Below, one piece after another: positions 48,664-64,000 of a DNA stretch of 64,000 bases; the first letter of the stretch is position 1; each line of letters begins with the position of its first letter. Under the pieces are notes generated by a model. The model saw only the letters and a program-made list of their open reading frames with translations. It searched no databases and was not told where the DNA came from. A program made the position numbers and the translations under genes. Origin of the DNA: Thermoanaerobaculia bacterium (GTDB lineage Bacteria > Acidobacteriota > Thermoanaerobaculia > Gp7-AA8); NCBI GenBank assembly GCA_036399015.1, contig DASWNW010000038.1, positions 37,239 through 101,238 of the forward strand, given 5' to 3'.

Positions 48664-49007
48664 ATACAGTCCCGGCCGAAGACGGCTCCACCTGGGTCGA
48701 GATCGCGAGCACCGGCGCCGAAGACGAGGCCACGCTGCTCAAGGGCTTCCTCGAGGCCGCCGGCATCTCCGCGCAGATCGAAAACGTCAAGTTCAAGATG
48801 GAGCCGATCAACTTCGGCACCATGGGCGACATCCGCATCTACGTGCAGGCCCAGGAGGAACAACGCGCCATGGAGCTCCTCCGCTCGCGGGAGCGGCAGG
48901 CCGAACAGCTCGATGACGATGACGAGACGCTCGTCACCGACGAAGGTCCGGCGGTGGTCGACGAGATGTCGCAGACGGAGAACGATGACGGAGCAGCCAA
49001 CACCTGA
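48642..49007 (+). CDS. DUF2007-like small acidic protein
   Basis: EATLLKGFLEAAGISAQIEN ... IYVQAQEEQRAMELL pattern. Overlaps the selD 3' end by 22 nt. Confidence 0.6.
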   Translation: MDFPENVNTVPAEDGSTWVEIASTGAEDEATLLKGFLEAAGISAQIENVKFKMEPINFGTMGDIRIYVQAQEEQRAMELLRSRERQAEQLDDDDETLVTDEGPAVVDEMSQTENDDGAANT

Positions 49008-49554
49008 GCACGAGCCCGCATCGCCGGGCATGCCTCGCTGGGTCCCGGTCCTGATCGGCGTGCTGCTGGTCCTGCTGGCCGGCCTCGCCGTCTTCACCGG
49101 CCTGCGCTATCGCGCGCCCGATCCGCTGACCGAGACGCCCCAGCGCCGCGAGCGCCAGGACGCGTTCGCGCCTCCCGGCGAGCCGAGCGCCGGCGCTTCC
49201 CGCGTCATGCACGGCAGCGATGGCGAGATCACCCCGGAGGCGAACACGCCGGTCACGGGCGAGTCGCGGGCCGTCATCAGCGGCGGGCCGGGCGGAGTGC
49301 AGGCGACGGTGCGGATCTGGGCCCGCCGCGGCATGGTCCTCCAGGTCAAGCCGGACGACGCGGTCGTCTACGTGAACGGCCTCCTCATCGGTCAGGCCAG
49401 TCAGTTCGACACGACCGACGAGATCTACGACTTCGCCGAGGCCGGGAGCTACACCGTCCGCGTCGTCTCCCCCGCGGGGAAGGAGCGGACGTTCATCGTC
49501 ACCGCCGCCGACGACGCGAAAGAAGACGTGGCCACGATCGCGGCTACGCTGTAA
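48985..49554 (+). CDS. membrane-anchored protein with C-terminal PEGA-like beta-sandwich
   Basis: TM helix WVPVLIGVLLVLLAGLAVF. VYVNGLLIGQ ... GSYTVRVVSPAGKERTF. Confidence 0.55.
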   Translation: MTEQPTPEHEPASPGMPRWVPVLIGVLLVLLAGLAVFTGLRYRAPDPLTETPQRRERQDAFAPPGEPSAGASRVMHGSDGEITPEANTPVTGESRAVISGGPGGVQATVRIWARRGMVLQVKPDDAVVYVNGLLIGQASQFDTTDEIYDFAEAGSYTVRVVSPAGKERTFIVTAADDAKEDVATIAATL

Positions 49555-50877
49555 GCGTCCGCAGGTCCCGCAGCCGCTCCGCCAGTTCGCGTGACGTCGG
49601 ACGCTCCACCGGGTTCTTCGCCAGCGCCTGCGTCACCAGCTCGGCGACCGCCGCCGGCACCTCCGGCGCGAGCGTGGCGAGCGGCTGCGGCGCGCCGCTG
49701 AGGTGGAGCTGGATCGCCTCGACCAGGTCGAGGGTGTGCTGGTTCTGGAAGAGGCGCTTGCCGGTCAGCATCCGGTAGAGGATCACGCCGAGGCTGTAGA
49801 CGTCGGCGCTCGCGTCGTAGGTGCCGCCGAGGAGGCGCTCCGGCGGCATGTACTCCGGCGTCCCCACCAGCTCGCCCAGACCGGTCACACCGGCGAGCAT
49901 CGGCGGCGCGCTGTCGTCGACCAGCCGGGCGATGCCGAAGTCGAGCACCTTCACCACCTCCTGCTCTCCGTCGCGGTGGAGGAAGATGTTCCGCGGCGTG
50001 ACGTCGCGATGGATGACGCGCGCGGCATGTGCCGCCGTCAACGCCTCCGCGACCTGCATGCCGATTTGGAGCGTGCGCTCGACCGGCACCACCGGCTGCT
50101 CCTGCATCAGCTCCGACAGCATCCGTCCTTCCAGCAGCTCCATCACCAGGTAGGCGAGCCCCTGCGAGAAGCCGGCACCGAGGACGTCCACCGCGTTCCT
50201 GTGTCTCACGCGGCACGCCGCGATCCCCTCGGTCTGGAAGCGCCGCAGCCGCTTCAGGTCACCGCCCATCGGGCGCAGGATCTTGATCGCCACCGGCCGC
50301 TGCAGGCGGATGTCGGTGCCGCGGTAGACAATGCTGAAGCCGCCCTCGCCGATCGGCTCGTCGACGCGGTACGTGTTGTCGAGGAGGCGCCCCGGCAGCA
50401 GCTCCGACACGGCGGCGAAGGCCTGCCCGACGCGCTGCTGCTCGCGCAGCAGGCGCTCGTTCATCCGCAACAGCTCCTCGTTCCGCTGCTCGAGGTCGCG
50501 CTGCAGCCGCGCCAGCCGGAGCTGCGTGTCGACGCGCGCGAGCACTTCCTCTTCCTCGAACGGCTTTGCGATGTAGTCGACGCCGCCGGCGCGGAACCCC
50601 TGCAGCTTGTCGGGCAGCTCGTGCAGCGCGGAGAGGAAGATCACCGGCACCGGCGCCAGCGCCGGCCGCGACTTGATCGCGCGGCACAGCTCCAGCCCGT
50701 TCATCTCCGGCATCTCCACGTCGAGCAGCACCAGCTCCGGCGCGTCGCTCTCCATCATCGGCAGTGCGCGCCGCGCGCTGTTCGCCGCGCGCACCTCGTA
50801 GCCGGCCCGCTCCAGGATCCCGGCCAGCAGCACGAGATTGTCGGGGTTGTCGTCGACCGCCAGCAGCTTCCCTTTGC

Positions 50878-50881
<4 letters not shown>
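49544..50881 (-). CDS. response-regulator receiver fused to a Ser/Thr protein kinase
   Basis: Receiver LLAVDDNPDN ... LVLLDVEMPEMNG ... DYIAKP. Kinase GEGGFSIVY, AIKIL, HRDVTPRNIFL, DFGIAR, PPE. Confidence 0.85.
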
Positions 50882-54603
<3,722 letters not shown>

Positions 54604-54671
54604 GGTGTGGTTTCCATTAAACCACCGTTGGCGGGCTGTACGGGCGTTCGATTTGCACGCCTGAAGGCGTC

Positions 54672-54977
54672 ATGACCTGGCAGAGTTACGCCGCAGAAGC
54701 CGCCGTTCGCGCCCTCGACGCCGCCTCCGACCGCATTGGCGCAGGCGAGAAGGTGGTCCACCGCCTCGCCGACCGCTGGCGGTCCCTGAACGCCGAGGAC
54801 AAGCGCGCGCTGATCGAGATCGGCGTCGCCGTCGCCTCCGCGATCGTCGTGGCCGTAGCGGCCGTGCGCGACAAGGGGCCGAAGAAAGCGGTGAGAAAGC
54901 TCGCGCGCAAGGCCGGCGGGAAGGTGATCCGGAAGGTCGCCGGCAAGGCCGTCCGGAACGTCGCCAAAAAGAAGTAG
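54672..54977 (+). CDS. small hypothetical protein with central hydrophobic helix and Lys-rich tail
   Basis: ORF with GC3 bias. IEIGVAVASAIVVAVAAV helix. No homology recognised. Confidence 0.4.
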   Translation: MTWQSYAAEAAVRALDAASDRIGAGEKVVHRLADRWRSLNAEDKRALIEIGVAVASAIVVAVAAVRDKGPKKAVRKLARKAGGKVIRKVAGKAVRNVAKKK

Positions 54978-55070
54978 GTCCGCCGCGCCTCGCCGCCCGC
55001 ATGCAGGGGACGTCGAACCTCGCTAAGATGGGTCCGTCATCAATTCAGCGAAGGCTTCGAGGTTGTCGTC

Positions 55071-55979
55071 ATGCGGTTCAGTTCAGCTCTCTCCCTCCTC
55101 CTCTTTCTGTTCCTGGCCCCGGTGTCGTCGGGCGGCGGCGCCTGGGTCCCCGCGCCCGGTGAAGGCGATTTGCAGCTCGGGTTCAGCCGCAAGACGGCGA
55201 ACACCTCCTGGAACGCATTCGGCGACGCCTTCAACAACACCACCACCTTCGAGGGGCAGACCGTCTCACACAACCACGACTTCCGCTACGTCTATCTCTC
55301 CGGTGAGATCGGCGTCGTCGACCGGCTGTCGGCCCGCTTCCTGGTCACGCACCTGAACGGTCTCGAGGGGCCGCGGCAACACCTCGAGGAGAACAACGGC
55401 TGGTCCGACGCCTGGGTCGGCCTCAAATACGGGATCACGCGCGGCTCGTGGCCGACCGCGATCGCCGCGACGGTGCGCACGCCGATCCTCTACGACCTCC
55501 CCGGCGCCTACAACCGCTACCTCTTCGACGCCGAGGGCAACCGCCGCGGCGTCAGCCCGGAGTGGCGCGGGGTGCTGAAGCACGATTACACGGTCTCGTA
55601 CCTGGTCAGCCACTCCTTCAGCGACAGCCGCGCCTGGGCCTCGGCCGAGGCGGGCTACACCTGGCGCGAGGGGGCGCCGGCAGACCAGATCCCCCTCTCG
55701 ATCGAGTTGGGTCTCCCGGTCTGGCGTAACCTGACGATGAAGGCGACCGTCAACGGCGTCCGCAGCCTCGGCAACGACAGCCCCTCGCGGCCGGACGACC
55801 GGTTCCGCGCCCGCCCCGACTTCAACTTCAACGACGCGTCGATGGTGCGCGCCGGAGTGGCGCTCATGGTGCCGGTCCGGGGCAGCATGGGCGTGGAAGT
55901 CGGCTACAACCAGTGGCTGGGCGGCGAGTCGGCGCGGCGGTACCGCGAGCCGTACGTCTCCCTCGGCTACGGCTTCTGA
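55071..55979 (+). CDS. putative outer-membrane beta-barrel protein
   Basis: Signal peptide, alternating amphipathic strands, C-terminal YVSLGYGF. Confidence 0.6.
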   Translation: MRFSSALSLLLFLFLAPVSSGGGAWVPAPGEGDLQLGFSRKTANTSWNAFGDAFNNTTTFEGQTVSHNHDFRYVYLSGEIGVVDRLSARFLVTHLNGLEGPRQHLEENNGWSDAWVGLKYGITRGSWPTAIAATVRTPILYDLPGAYNRYLFDAEGNRRGVSPEWRGVLKHDYTVSYLVSHSFSDSRAWASAEAGYTWREGAPADQIPLSIELGLPVWRNLTMKATVNGVRSLGNDSPSRPDDRFRARPDFNFNDASMVRAGVALMVPVRGSMGVEVGYNQWLGGESARRYREPYVSLGYGF

Positions 55980-56042
55980 CGCCGCGCCGCGGGAGAATAG
56001 CCCGTCGCACCAGGCGTGTTGATCCGTGCGCCCGCCGGGTCC

Positions 56043-56582
56043 ATGCGCTTCAATCTCCTCAACCGTAAAATTCACTACTGGGCCACCGTCTTCGTCGCGT
56101 TGCCGGTCCTGGTCGTCATCTGCAGCGGTCTCCTGCTGCAGATGAAGAAGCATTTCGACTGGGTGCAGCCGGAGGAAAAGCGCGGCACCGGTACCGCGCC
56201 CGCGGTCGGCCTCGAGCAGATCCTCGCCAGCGCGAAGAGCGGGTCCGGCCTCGAGGTGCGCGGGTGGGAGGACGTCAACCGCATCGACGTCCGCCCCTCC
56301 AAAGGCATGGCCAAGGTCTGGCTGCAGAGCGGCTGGGAGGTGCAGGTCGACCTCGGCACCGGCCGCGTCCTGCAGACCGCCTATCGTCGCTCCGACCTCA
56401 TCGAGTCGATTCACGACGGGTCGGTCTTCGGCGGCGAATGGACGAAGCTCGGGATCTTCTTCCCCGCCGGCATCGTCATGCTGGTGATGTGGCTGACGGG
56501 CCTCTGGATGTTCCTCGTCCCCCTCGCCGCGAAGCGCAGGCGCCGCAAGCAGCAGCGCCTCGGCAACAGCGCTGGCGCGTGA
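56043..56582 (+). CDS. PepSY-associated TM helix / PepSY-like membrane protein
   Basis: NRKIHYWATVFVALPVLVVICSGLLL N-terminal helix and a C-terminal TM helix. Alternative GTG start at 56016. Confidence 0.6.
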   Translation: MRFNLLNRKIHYWATVFVALPVLVVICSGLLLQMKKHFDWVQPEEKRGTGTAPAVGLEQILASAKSGSGLEVRGWEDVNRIDVRPSKGMAKVWLQSGWEVQVDLGTGRVLQTAYRRSDLIESIHDGSVFGGEWTKLGIFFPAGIVMLVMWLTGLWMFLVPLAAKRRRRKQQRLGNSAGA

Positions 56583-56602
56583 CGTGAACCGGCCGACGGC
56601 CG

Positions 56603-57361
56603 ATGAGATACGCCCTCTCTGCCTGCATCCTCCTGCTCGTCGCCTGCGGCGGCGAGAACACCCCCTCCAACGTGCAGACGCCCGGCGAAGACAAGGGCGC
56701 GAAGTCGAAGGCGCTCGAGGCCGGCGCCGCGGTCATGCAGGACAAGACGCCGCTCGCGAAGCTGAACGCCTATCTCGACGGCTTCCACTTCTACAGCGGC
56801 AACATGCAGGGGCAGATGGAGGCGCACCACTACTGCGAGACCGTCAACGAGGACCTGCGCCAGTGCGTGATCTTCGACGGCAACGGGGAGAGCGCCCGGA
56901 TCATGGGCGTCGAGTACATCGTCAGCGCCAAGCTCTTCGCGACGCTCCCGGCCGAGGAGAAGAAGCTGTGGCACAGCCACTCGTATGAGGTGAAGTCGGG
57001 CACGCTGGTGGCGCCCGGCATCCCCGCGCTGGCCGAGCACGAGCTCATGGAGCAGCTCGTGTCCACCTACGGCAAGACGTGGCACACGTGGCACACCGAC
57101 AACGCCGCCAACACGCTCCCCCTCGGCCATCCGATGCTGATGATGGGCTTCACCGCCGACGGGCAGCTACGCCCCGAGCTGCTGTCCGAGCGCGACCGCC
57201 GCTTCGGGATCGACACGGCGGAGAAACGGGAGCAGCGCGCCGACATTGCCGCGCCGCCGGTGCTCCCCGGCGCGAACGGGTGGCAGCAGGGGGAGGCGGT
57301 GCAGCTCAATCTCGGCGGCGCTACGACCCACGCAGATCCGGCAGCTCACCCTCCGCGCTGA
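56603..57361 (+). CDS. DUF1264 (oil-body-associated-protein-like) lipoprotein
   Basis: Lipobox LLVACG. HFYSGN ... AHHYC ... GVEYIVS ... LWHSH.YEV ... WHTW motif series. Confidence 0.75.
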   Translation: MRYALSACILLLVACGGENTPSNVQTPGEDKGAKSKALEAGAAVMQDKTPLAKLNAYLDGFHFYSGNMQGQMEAHHYCETVNEDLRQCVIFDGNGESARIMGVEYIVSAKLFATLPAEEKKLWHSHSYEVKSGTLVAPGIPALAEHELMEQLVSTYGKTWHTWHTDNAANTLPLGHPMLMMGFTADGQLRPELLSERDRRFGIDTAEKREQRADIAAPPVLPGANGWQQGEAVQLNLGGATTHADPAAHPPR

Positions 57362-57950
57362 CGCGGAGGCCGAGGTCGCGCAGGAGGCCGTCGCGGACGT
57401 CGTAGGCGCAGCCGTGCACCGACAGCGACTGACCGCGCGCCCAGGCGTCGCGCACGATGGTGGTCTTGCTGACGTTCACCACCTGCTCGAGCACGTTCAG
57501 CTCGCAGAGGCGCCGGTGGCGGTCGGCGTCGGTCGGCAGCGCGTCGAGCTCCGCCACGTATTTCGCCCGCACGTCCTGCACGTGGCGCAGCCAGTTGTCG
57601 CAGAGCCCCAGCTTCTCGCCCATCAACGCCGCACGCACGCCGCCGCAGCCGTAGTGGCCGCAGACGATGACGTCGCGCACGCGCAGCACGTCCACCGCGA
57701 ACTGCAGGGCGGAGAGGCAGTTCAGATCGGTGTGGACGACGACGTTCGCGACGTTGCGGTGCACGAACATCTCGCCCGGAAGCAGGCCGACGATCTCGTT
57801 CGCCGGGACGCGGCTGTCGGAGCAGCCGATCCAGAAGTACTGCGGCGCCTGCTGCTCGGCGAGGCGCATGAAGAAGTCGGGGTCGCGGCGCACCATCTCG
57901 GCGGCCCAGGCACGGTTGTTTGCGAAAAGGTCGTCCAGCACGGCGCACAT
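57321..57950 (-). CDS. can: beta-class carbonic anhydrase
   Basis: CSDSRVP and HYGCGGV zinc-ligand motifs. Confidence 0.9.
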   Translation of the reverse strand: MCAVLDDLFANNRAWAAEMVRRDPDFFMRLAEQQAPQYFWIGCSDSRVPANEIVGLLPGEMFVHRNVANVVVHTDLNCLSALQFAVDVLRVRDVIVCGHYGCGGVRAALMGEKLGLCDNWLRHVQDVRAKYVAELDALPTDADRHRRLCELNVLEQVVNVSKTTIVRDAWARGQSLSVHGCAYDVRDGLLRDLGLRVSAEGELPDLRGS

Positions 57951-57985
57951 GGTAGCGTCCCCCGCGCGAAAGGAGGATAGCGGCG

Positions 57986-59686
57986 TTGCCTCATGACGTC
58001 AGTTTGATCACCACCATCGCCGCAGGCCTCGGCCTGGCGATGATCTTCGGCTTCATCGCCGTGCGCCTCCGGCTGCCGCCGCTGGCCGGCTACCTCCTCG
58101 CCGGCGTCCTGATCGGGCCGCACACGCGCGGCTTCGTCGCCGACGTCGCGCTCGCCGGGCAGCTCGCCGAGATCGGGGTGATGCTGCTGATGTTCGGCGT
58201 CGGGTTGCACTTCTCGCTCGACGACCTCAAGTCGGTGCGCGGCATCGCCCTCCCGGGCGCGGTGGTGCAGATCGCCGTCGCCACCATCCTCGGCACTCTC
58301 ACCGCGATGTCGTGGGGCTGGACCTTCGGCGCCGGCCTCGTGTTCGGTCTCGCGCTCTCGGTCGCCAGCACCGTCGTGCTGCTGCGCGCGCTCGAGGCGC
58401 GCGGCGCGCTGGAGACGTTCAACGGCCGCATCGCCGTCGGCTGGCTGATCGTCGAGGACCTGGTGATGGTCCTCGTACTGGTGCTCCTCCCGCCGCTCGC
58501 GGCGCTCCTCGGCGGCAGCGTGGCCGACGACGGCGGACGGGGAATCGGCGCGGCGCTGGCCATCACCTTCGCCAAGGTGGCGGCGTTCGTGGTGCTGATG
58601 CTCGTCGTCGGCAAGCGGCTCTTCCCCCGCATCCTCTGGCTCGTCGCGAAGACCGGCTCGCGCGAGCTGTTCACGCTCTGCGTCATCGCCGCGGCGGTGG
58701 GGGTCGCGTACGGCGCCGCGGCGCTGTTCGGCGTCTCGTTCGCGCTGGGGGCGTTCTTCGCCGGGATGATGATGCGCGAGTCGGAGCTGAGCCACCGCGC
58801 CGCCGACGAGTCGCTCCCGCTGCGCGACGCGTTCTCCGTGCTCTTCTTCGTCTCGGTCGGCATGCTGTTCGACCCGCAGGTGCTCGTGCGCGAGCCGCTG
58901 GCGGTGCTCGCGGTGACGGCGATCATCATCGTCGGCAAGACCATCGCCGCGGTGACGCTGGTCCTGCTGCTGCGGTATCCGCTGAATACCGCCCTGACGG
59001 TCGGCGCGAGTCTCGCGCAGATCGGCGAGTTCTCCTTCATCCTGGCGGGACTCGGGGTCGAGCTGCGTCTCCTGTCGGAACAGGGGCAGAGCCTCATCCT
59101 CGCCGGCGCGCTGATCTCGATCGCCCTCAATCCGGCGGTGTTCGCGGCCGTCGAGCCGGCGCAGCGCTGGATCCGCGCCCGCTCGCATCTCGCGCGCACA
59201 CTGGAGCGCAGCCCCGACCCGCTCGCCGAGCTGCCGATGAGCGTCGACCAGGCGCTGCTCACCGGGCAGGTGGTCATCGTCGGCTACGGCCGCGTCGGAC
59301 GCCGCATTGCCGAGGGGCTGACCGAACGGAAGATCCCGTACGTGGTGGCGGAGCAGAACCGCGAGATCGTGGAGCGGCTCCGCGCGCAGAACGTCCAGGC
59401 GGTGTCGGGCGACGCCTCCGATCCCGCGGTGCTGATCCAGGCGCACGTCGCCCGCGCCGGCATGCTCGTCATCGCCACCCCCGAGACCCTGCACGTGCGG
59501 CGGATGATCGACGTCGCGCGGAAGCTGAACCCGAAGATCGAGATCGTCCTCCGCACCCACAGCGAAGAAGAGGCCGACCTGCTGCGCAGCGAAGGCTCCG
59601 GCGCCGTCTTCATGGGCGAGCACGAGCTCGCATCAGCCATGACGCGCCACGTCGTGCAGCGGATGGCCGGCCCCTCGTCGGTCTGA
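57986..59686 (+). CDS. YbaL/Kef-type cation:proton antiporter with C-terminal TrkA-N (RCK) domain
   Basis: N-terminus colinear with E. coli YbaL (LITTI..GL..A...G..A..LR...L.GYLLAGVL.GP). GYGRVGR Rossmann motif. TTG start 8 nt after AAGGAGGA. Confidence 0.85.
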   Translation: MPHDVSLITTIAAGLGLAMIFGFIAVRLRLPPLAGYLLAGVLIGPHTRGFVADVALAGQLAEIGVMLLMFGVGLHFSLDDLKSVRGIALPGAVVQIAVATILGTLTAMSWGWTFGAGLVFGLALSVASTVVLLRALEARGALETFNGRIAVGWLIVEDLVMVLVLVLLPPLAALLGGSVADDGGRGIGAALAITFAKVAAFVVLMLVVGKRLFPRILWLVAKTGSRELFTLCVIAAAVGVAYGAAALFGVSFALGAFFAGMMMRESELSHRAADESLPLRDAFSVLFFVSVGMLFDPQVLVREPLAVLAVTAIIIVGKTIAAVTLVLLLRYPLNTALTVGASLAQIGEFSFILAGLGVELRLLSEQGQSLILAGALISIALNPAVFAAVEPAQRWIRARSHLARTLERSPDPLAELPMSVDQALLTGQVVIVGYGRVGRRIAEGLTERKIPYVVAEQNREIVERLRAQNVQAVSGDASDPAVLIQAHVARAGMLVIATPETLHVRRMIDVARKLNPKIEIVLRTHSEEEADLLRSEGSGAVFMGEHELASAMTRHVVQRMAGPSSV

Positions 59687-59710
59687 CCGCGCGGACGTAT
59701 CATCATCCGT

Positions 59711-60172
59711 ATGCTGCGCGTCTTCGTCAGCTCGTGTCTCCTCGGCGCGCCGGTCCGGTATCACGGCGGCGATGCACGGCACGACCATCCGATCCTGGAG
59801 CGGTGGATTCGGGAGGGGCGGCTGATCGCCTGCTGCCCCGAGATGGCGGCCCACCTCGGGACGCCGCGTCCCCCGGCGGAGCTGGCGAACGGGCAGGTCG
59901 TGACGAAGGACGGCGAGGTTGTGACGGCCGCCTATCGCCACGGCGCCGGGATCGTCGCCGAGCAGGCCGCGCAGGACCGCATCGCGCTGGCCATCCTCAA
60001 GGACGGCAGCCCGTCGTGCGGCAGCACGTTCGTCTACGACGGCACGTTCACCGGCGCGAAGGTCGCCGGCGAGGGGATCACCGCGGCGCTCCTCCGCTCG
60101 CGCGGCATCGCCGTCTTCGACGAGCAGCACATCGAAGAAGCGGCCCGTTACCTCGCCGCGCTGGAGGCGTGA
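59711..60172 (+). CDS. DUF523 family protein
   Basis: VSSCLLGAPVRY ... CPE ... KDGSPSCG pattern. Confidence 0.75.
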   Translation: MLRVFVSSCLLGAPVRYHGGDARHDHPILERWIREGRLIACCPEMAAHLGTPRPPAELANGQVVTKDGEVVTAAYRHGAGIVAEQAAQDRIALAILKDGSPSCGSTFVYDGTFTGAKVAGEGITAALLRSRGIAVFDEQHIEEAARYLAALEA

Positions 60173-60549
60173 GAGAGGTCTTCGAGGATCGGGCACTCCG
60201 GGCGGTGATCGCCGTGGCAGTGCTCGGCGAGCTGCTCCAGCGTCCGCTTCATCGCCTCCATCTCCCGGATCTTTCCCTCCAGCTCCCGCACGTGCTCGAG
60301 GGCGAGCCGCTTCACCTCCCTGCTCGGCCGGTGCTGCTGCCATAGGCCGAGGAGGGCCTGGATCCGCTTCATCGAGAAGCCGAGGTCGCGCGCGCGGCGG
60401 ACGAACTGCAGCGTGTGCACGTCGTTCTGCGAGTAGACCCGGTAGTTCGAGCCGGTCCGCTCCGCCGCCGGGATCACCCCAATCTGCTCGTAGTGCCGGA
60501 TCATTTTCGCGCTGACTCCTGAGGCCGCGGCCGCTTCGCCGATGTTCAT
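60148..60549 (-). CDS. cueR: Cu(I)-responsive MerR-family regulator
   Basis: MNIGEAA..SGVSAKMIRHYE.IG HTH. C-terminal CHGDHRPEC (C-x7-C) metal site. Confidence 0.85.
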   Translation of the reverse strand: MNIGEAAAASGVSAKMIRHYEQIGVIPAAERTGSNYRVYSQNDVHTLQFVRRARDLGFSMKRIQALLGLWQQHRPSREVKRLALEHVRELEGKIREMEAMKRTLEQLAEHCHGDHRPECPILEDLSHASSAAR

Positions 60550-60574
60550 GTCCGAAAGAACATTGAGGCCCCTC

Positions 60575-60605
60575 TTGACCTTCCCACAATGGGAAGCCTT
60601 ACGTT
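60575..60605 (+). promoter_or_regulatory. MerR-type copA promoter/operator
   Basis: TTGACC, then a 19-bp spacer carrying the dyad CTTCCCA-CAA-TGGGAAG, then TACGTT. It resembles the E. coli copA promoter architecture. Confidence 0.65.
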
Positions 60606-60641
60606 GTGGCCAGCATGATGAAACACGACAGGAACACAGCC

Positions 60642-62936
<2,295 letters not shown>

Positions 62937-62954
62937 CCGCGCCGTTCCGGCGGA

Positions 62955-63153
62955 GGCTGCCGCAGTCTTTCCGAGGGCTGCCGCAGTCTCCGCGAGGGGT
63001 GCCGTCGTCTTTCCGAGGGCTGCCGTCGTCTTTCCGAGGGGTGCCGTCGTCTTTCCGAGGGCTGCCGTCGTCTTTCCGAAGGCTGCCGTCGTCTTTCCGA
63101 AGGCTGCCGTCGTCTTTCCGAGGGCTGCCGTCGTCTTTCCGGAGGCTGCCGCG
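62955..63153. repeat. 21-nt direct tandem array, about 9.5 copies (consensus GGCTGCCGTCGTCTTTCCGAG)
   Basis: Units start at 62955, 62976, 62997, 63018, 63039, 63060, 63081, 63102, 63123 and 63144 (last one partial). There are 0-4 substitutions per unit. Confidence 0.95.
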
Positions 63154-63212
63154 ATTTGTACGCCTCCCGCCAACGCCTTCCTCCTCGGCGGGAGTTATCA
63201 TGGAGTAACCCT

Positions 63213-64000
63213 ATGAAAGCCTCCATCCTCGCCGCGGTCGTCCTTCTGGTGGCCGCGTCGGCGGCGGCGGAGGACTTTTATCTCCCCCTTTCGCCGCGCA
63301 CGGAGCTGGAGCTCACCAACCCCACCGCGGCCCGCGCCATCGTGACGGTCGAGCGGCTCGGAACGGGGCAGGCGCGCGAGCTGCCGGTCGAGCCGGGGCA
63401 GACGCTCCGCTTCGACGATGACGGCGAGACGATGGGCGTGCTCCACGTCCGCGCCGGCGCCGCGATCCGCGTGCAGGCGGTCAGCCGCTGCGTTCCCTGC
63501 GGCTCCCGCATCTCCCTTCCGGTCCTCGACGCGCAGAGCGCCGTCCGAGACGGGGAGGTACCGGTGCGGCAGACGCCCTCCTGGCGCAGCGGGATGCTGG
63601 TCGTCAATCCTCAGGACGAGCCGGCGCTGGTGACCCTCACCGTCCATCGCGGCGCAGAGGTCGTCGACCAGTCGCTGTTGCGCGTCCCGGCGCGCGGCAT
63701 GCGGCGCGTCGATTTCGATCGCGCGCCGGACGAGAGCTTCTCGTTCGTCTCCGCGCAGCCGCTGCTCCTCTTCGGCTACGAGCGCAACGAGCAGACCGGT
63801 GGGCGGGTGTTCACCCCCGTTACGCACGCCACCACGCGCAAGCGCCGCTCGGTGCGCTCCGGATCTCCCCAGCAGGTCGCGCAGACGATCGTCCTCACGC
63901 CGTCGAAGGACAACACGCTCTTCGAATCCCCCTCCGGCGACGCCTCGAACGGGGTCGGCGTGCATCTCTTCGCCGGCGCGACGCGGCGGTTCGGCCTGCG
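63213..64000 (+). CDS. secreted hypothetical protein (3' partial, runs off the window; not in the ORF track)
   Basis: ATG 63213, signal peptide MKASILAAVVLLVAASAAA. I read 262 codons with no stop and a strong GC3 bias. Confidence 0.6.
   Translation, partial: MKASILAAVVLLVAASAAAEDFYLPLSPRTELELTNPTAARAIVTVERLGTGQARELPVEPGQTLRFDDDGETMGVLHVRAGAAIRVQAVSRCVPCGSRISLPVLDAQSAVRDGEVPVRQTPSWRSGMLVVNPQDEPALVTLTVHRGAEVVDQSLLRVPARGMRRVDFDRAPDESFSFVSAQPLLLFGYERNEQTGGRVFTPVTHATTRKRRSVRSGSPQQVAQTIVLTPSKDNTLFESPSGDASNGVGVHLFAGATRRFGL

Noticed and set aside
62955-63153. Possible CRISPR array (regular direct repeats)
   Set aside because: The units are contiguous 21-mers with no spacers. They are far shorter than CRISPR repeats, and there are no cas genes in the window.

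Overview
High-GC bacterial chromosomal window. The gene content tentatively suggests an Acidobacteriota-like organism: a TonB-dependent receptor with a carboxypeptidase-regulatory N-domain, a Reg_prop-type histidine kinase and several Ser/Thr kinases. I call about 60 protein genes and 2 tRNAs (Asn-GTT, Cys-GCA). Housekeeping genes dominate: rplU-rpmA-obg-nadD-rsfS-(EBP)-rlmH, dksA, a holA-like gene, lepA, rlmN, EF-G2, an acyl-CoA carboxyltransferase, selD, thpR and an aspartase. Signalling genes include a GGDEF-EAL protein, two hybrid histidine kinases, a receiver-Ser/Thr-kinase fusion, a second Ser/Thr kinase and a STAS/RsbW-like pair. Envelope glycosylation is represented by a GT2-GtrA fusion and two GT-C enzymes. 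There is a cueR-copA copper module with a MerR-type 19-bp-spacer operator. I see no CRISPR array, transposase, integrase, prophage or recognisable defence island. The most unusual signals are non-genic or recoding events. (1) A recurring class of intergenic hairpins has arms made of short tandem repeats, with a different 7-10 nt unit at each locus. A 21-nt x ~9.5 direct array downstream of copA may belong with them. (2) selD is a selenoprotein gene: an in-frame UGA aligns with the catalytic Cys and is followed by a SECIS-like hairpin. The ORF track truncates this gene. (3) A ~230-bp element with ~63-bp terminal inverted repeats is present in two copies. (4) A perfect 28-bp palindrome abuts a sigma-54-type -24/-12 promoter upstream of two tandem paralogous secreted proteins. 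(5) A DNA-glycosylase gene has its only canonical start codons inside a same-strand tRNA-Cys. (6) A sensor-less enhancer-binding protein with a degenerate GAFTGA loop sits inside the ribosome-maturation operon. Many long ORFs in the track are off-frame or antisense artefacts of high-GC DNA and were rejected.
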